Shown here piece by piece: positions 60,930 to 64,000 of a stretch of DNA of 64,000 nucleotides. How positions within the stretch are numbered: position 1 is the first letter of the stretch; every line of letters starts with the position of its first letter. This DNA is from Azolla caroliniana (taxonomy: Eukaryota; Plantae; Polypodiophyta). The stretch covers positions 5,766,001 to 5,830,000 of the forward strand of contig JBHGNT010000008.1 of the NCBI GenBank assembly GCA_043228905.1, given 5' to 3'. A program made the position numbers and the translations under genes. The notes below the pieces were generated by a model. It made no database searches. It was not told the origin of the DNA and saw nothing but the letters and a program-made list of their open reading frames with translations.

Positions 60930-62740
60930 TGTTGGCCGACAAGACCAAAGGGCTGGTTAGAGTCTAGAATGTGAAAGGGGTATTTAATTAAGGATAGGGA
61001 GTTGTTATTAATAAATATTATGTTATTTTGAGAAGATAAATATTATGTTACTTTGAGAAGCAGGCGGATGGACTAGAATCGGTATGCTGATTCGGATCCG
61101 GACCGGATCGTTGCCGGTTGCCGGTTGGCACCGGTTTGTAACTCACCTAGAGACCTATAAAAGGACTCGGCAAGAATGTAATCAAGGACGGATAATTAAT
61201 AGTAGCGTTGTTGTTTTAAATATTGTTTAGTGTCTATTTGGTTACCGTCCTGTGCTTAATATCATTCATCTTACGCGTGTGTCACGATCATTAACAGTGC
61301 TGATTAGTAACCGATTAAGACCCATTTGATACCACGGTCCATCCATATCTCACCATACCACCCTTTGGTGAAGTGTTCCATAGGGACACCTTGTGTTAGG
61401 GCTTCTCCAGCCTAAAGGATAACACAGTTTTTGGCGACCACGATTCATGCAGTGAACAGAGAACACCCGGGGATGTATGTCTCGACCGACTAACGACCAA
61501 GTCACCGAACGAGGAAGAAGACTAGCCAAAAGACAACAAAGGCAGGAAGCCTTCCAGCAAGCGGCCGAGGAGATCCAACAGGATCGGTCTTTTCCCAGAG
61601 TGCTATGGAGGGTCGCGAAAGAAGCACTTTGGTTCCAAAAACAACAACTTTCTGATGAGGGCAGTAGTTTGACGAGCATGCAAGAGGTAGAATCGCGACT
61701 GCGGACGCTTGCCGAAGGCAACAGAGACTCAGAGGCATTCTCTGCCTTAGACTCGGAATTGGATAGTGAACAGAGCGTTTAGTCGAATTACAAAAGTAGC
61801 CACGATACTTCGAACGATCCGGAGGAGAACGAATCGGATAGCTCATCAACACCAACAATGGAGAAAGCGGAAAACCGTGCATCGACACCACCCACGGAGA
61901 AAGCGGAAAACCGCGCACCAACACCACCCGCGGAGAAAACGGAAAACCACGCACCAACACCACCCGCGGAGAAAACGGAAAACCGTGCACCAACACCACC
62001 CGCGGAGGAAGTGGAAAACCGCGCACCAACACCACCCGCAGCGCAAGAACTAGACCACACATCTCCAGTACAACCTCCCGAAGTATCGCGATGACCCTGA
62101 CGCCGAGGTGCATGTCTATGCATTCCTACAAACATGGGAAGCAAATCATGTGTCCCAAAGGTTGACCGAACCGGAAGCTGAACGGTCAAAAATTTCCGAA
62201 TTCAGCATGACATTAGAGGGACCGACGGCACAATGGATCAAGTCATCGATCGGGTGCTGGAAATGGATAAACATAGCTCCCTCATGATGATGGGAGCCCT
62301 GTAGAGGGCCCTTCCAAATAAGGAGGATCTCAGGTTTCGCCAAGTGTTGCAATGCACAACATGTCTAAACCCGGGCCATTTGATGGTAGAATGCACAATG
62401 AGGACGTAGTGTATGATCTGCCACTCACCGGCACACACAACGGACCGATGCAAGCACAACTTGCTCAACCGACAAGTGGCACCGGTGCGGATCATTGAAC
62501 CATGAAGCAATCACGAACCGGACGACGAATGATTCCGGAGGGAGGACCGATACCGACCAGAATGTGGGGATCGGTACAATGATAGAAGATGCGACTGTCG
62601 AGAATATGCAAAATAATCTTCGGCCACAACCGAAGTTTAGATCACTTAATGATAATCAAACACAGAAGAAATGGGAAATACCACGGGAGCCCACGGACTC
62701 CAAACTATCACTGTGTCAAAGAATACAACAAAGGGCACAG
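60930..62740 (+). mobile_element. 5' fragment of a Ty3/Gypsy-type element (LTR, PBS, partial gag)
   Basis: LTR TGTTGGCC... to ...ATAACACA (about 61428) with TATA CCTATAAAAGG near 61155; PBS-like TGGCGACCA at 61432; gag-like HVYAFLQTWEAN...FSMTLEGPTAQW and knuckle CMICHSPAHTTDRC. Confidence 0.75.
61858..62040 (+). repeat. 36-bp coding minisatellite, 5 copies (EKTENRAPTPPA)
   Basis: GGAGAAA(G/A)CGGAAAACCGCGCACCAACACCACCCGC repeated in tandem. Confidence 0.93.
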
Positions 62741-62744
62741 AGGC

Positions 62745-64000
62745 AATGACCTCGTGCTCACAATCTTCACCTGGTGGCGGTTAGAACAGAGAATCGCTCT
62801 GTATCTCTCTCTCTCTCTCTCTCTGCTACGCTCTGTACAATAGTTATACCAATATGACAACACTATGATATATACACTCTGTTTGTCCTAGGTCATATTT
62901 ATACTAATATGACATTAGGACTATTTACAGATATAGCCCCAATGGGCTCTCAAAAACATACTTCCATATATGTCCCTTCATCCGGTGAGAGGTTCTCACC
63001 GGGCTTGTGTCATCTGGTTCTCATCGGGTCTTCTGTTGCCGGGTACTCATCATCCGGTTCTCATCGGGTCTTCCGAAGCCGGGTACTCATATCCCATCCG
63101 GAGGGACCGAGATCCTAACAAACTCCCCCTTCACTCCGGCATGGGATGCCTTGTCAGTCTGATCCGCTTTCGGCATCCTGGAATGATACGCCGCATTCTT
63201 CGCAAGGTGGATGGCACTTTGACTGTCGCAATAAAGCCGGTATTCCTCTTGCCAGATCCCTAGCTCTTCGATGAAGTCCTTCATCCATAGTATTTCCTTG
63301 CCGGCTTCCACAGCCGCCATGTACTCCGCTTCCGTGGTTGACAATGCAACCGTCTTCTATAGCCTCGACTGCCACGAAACAGCTCCCCCTACATATGTCA
63401 TGACATATCCAGATGTTGACTGGCTGGTATCCGCATCAACCGACATATTCGAATTGGTGAAACCATGAAGTTGGGGTTTACTGGAGCCGAATCGGAGACA
63501 CATACTTGAGGTGCCTTTCAAGTACTAGAGTATCCATTTTACCGCATTCCAATGCTCCTTGCCGGGATTGCTCATAAACCGGCTCACCACTCCAACTGCG
63601 TATCCAATATCTAGTTGGGTACACACCATTGCGTACATTAAGCTCCCGACGGTAGATGCATATGGTATCTTCATCATATCTGCCTTCGTCTTCGGGCTTT
63701 GCTTACCGGATAACCTGCAGTTTGCCGGGAGTGTCAATCCGACCGGTTTAGCATTTGACATGTTGAACCACTGAAGCACCTTTGTGACGTACTTCTCCTA
63801 TGACAGCCACAATTGCTTCTTTGACCGGTCCCGGATGATATGCATCCCCAGTATCTGTCTTGCCGGATCCAACTCTTTCATTGAGAAGGTCCGGTTTAGA
63901 GCCTTCTTCAGCATCCATATCTGGACTTGGTCTCATTCGACGATCAACATGTCGTCCACGTACAGGAGGAGTATGAGGAAGTCTCCTCCTTCAAACTTCT
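62745..64000 (-). mobile_element. 3' part of a Tork-like Copia (RT-RNase H, PPT, truncated 3' LTR)
   Basis: LYVDDMLI, PYASTVGSLMYAMVCT, STTEAEYMAAVEAGKE, LYCDSQSAIHLAKN; PPT at 63123-63135; LTR begins TGTTAGGATC at 63120 (-). Runs off the window end. Confidence 0.95.

Overview
Eukaryotic land-plant genomic DNA (spliceosomal introns, plant retroelements; the TE spectrum suggests a non-seed plant such as a lycophyte or fern, which is inference only). A three-gene island at about 21.2-49.1 kb is flanked by two nests of decayed retrotransposons (1-19.6 kb and 51-64 kb). The genes are an IREG3/MAR1-like ferroportin (+, 13 exons), an HD-ZIP II transcription factor with a repeat-expanded N-terminus (+, 3 exons) and mitochondrial ETF alpha (-, 8 exons, first intron GC-AG). 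The nests contain chromodomain Ty3/Gypsy elements, Tork-like and other Ty1/Copia elements, several solo LTRs with TSDs and an RT-less LINE. The most unusual signals are: (1) a ~119-bp fixed-spacing dyad-symmetric module shared by an LTR and the 5' end of an unrelated LINE; (2) tRNA-like A-box/B-box cassettes at the outer end of two Gypsy-type LTR families; (3) a ~200-bp 5S-rRNA-derived, A-tailed insertion; (4) a solo LTR carrying an 11-copy 104-bp structured array, sitting inside a fold-back rearranged LTR; (5) a conserved hairpin enclosing the PPT of three Copia copies. All alignments were made by eye; no database searches were run.
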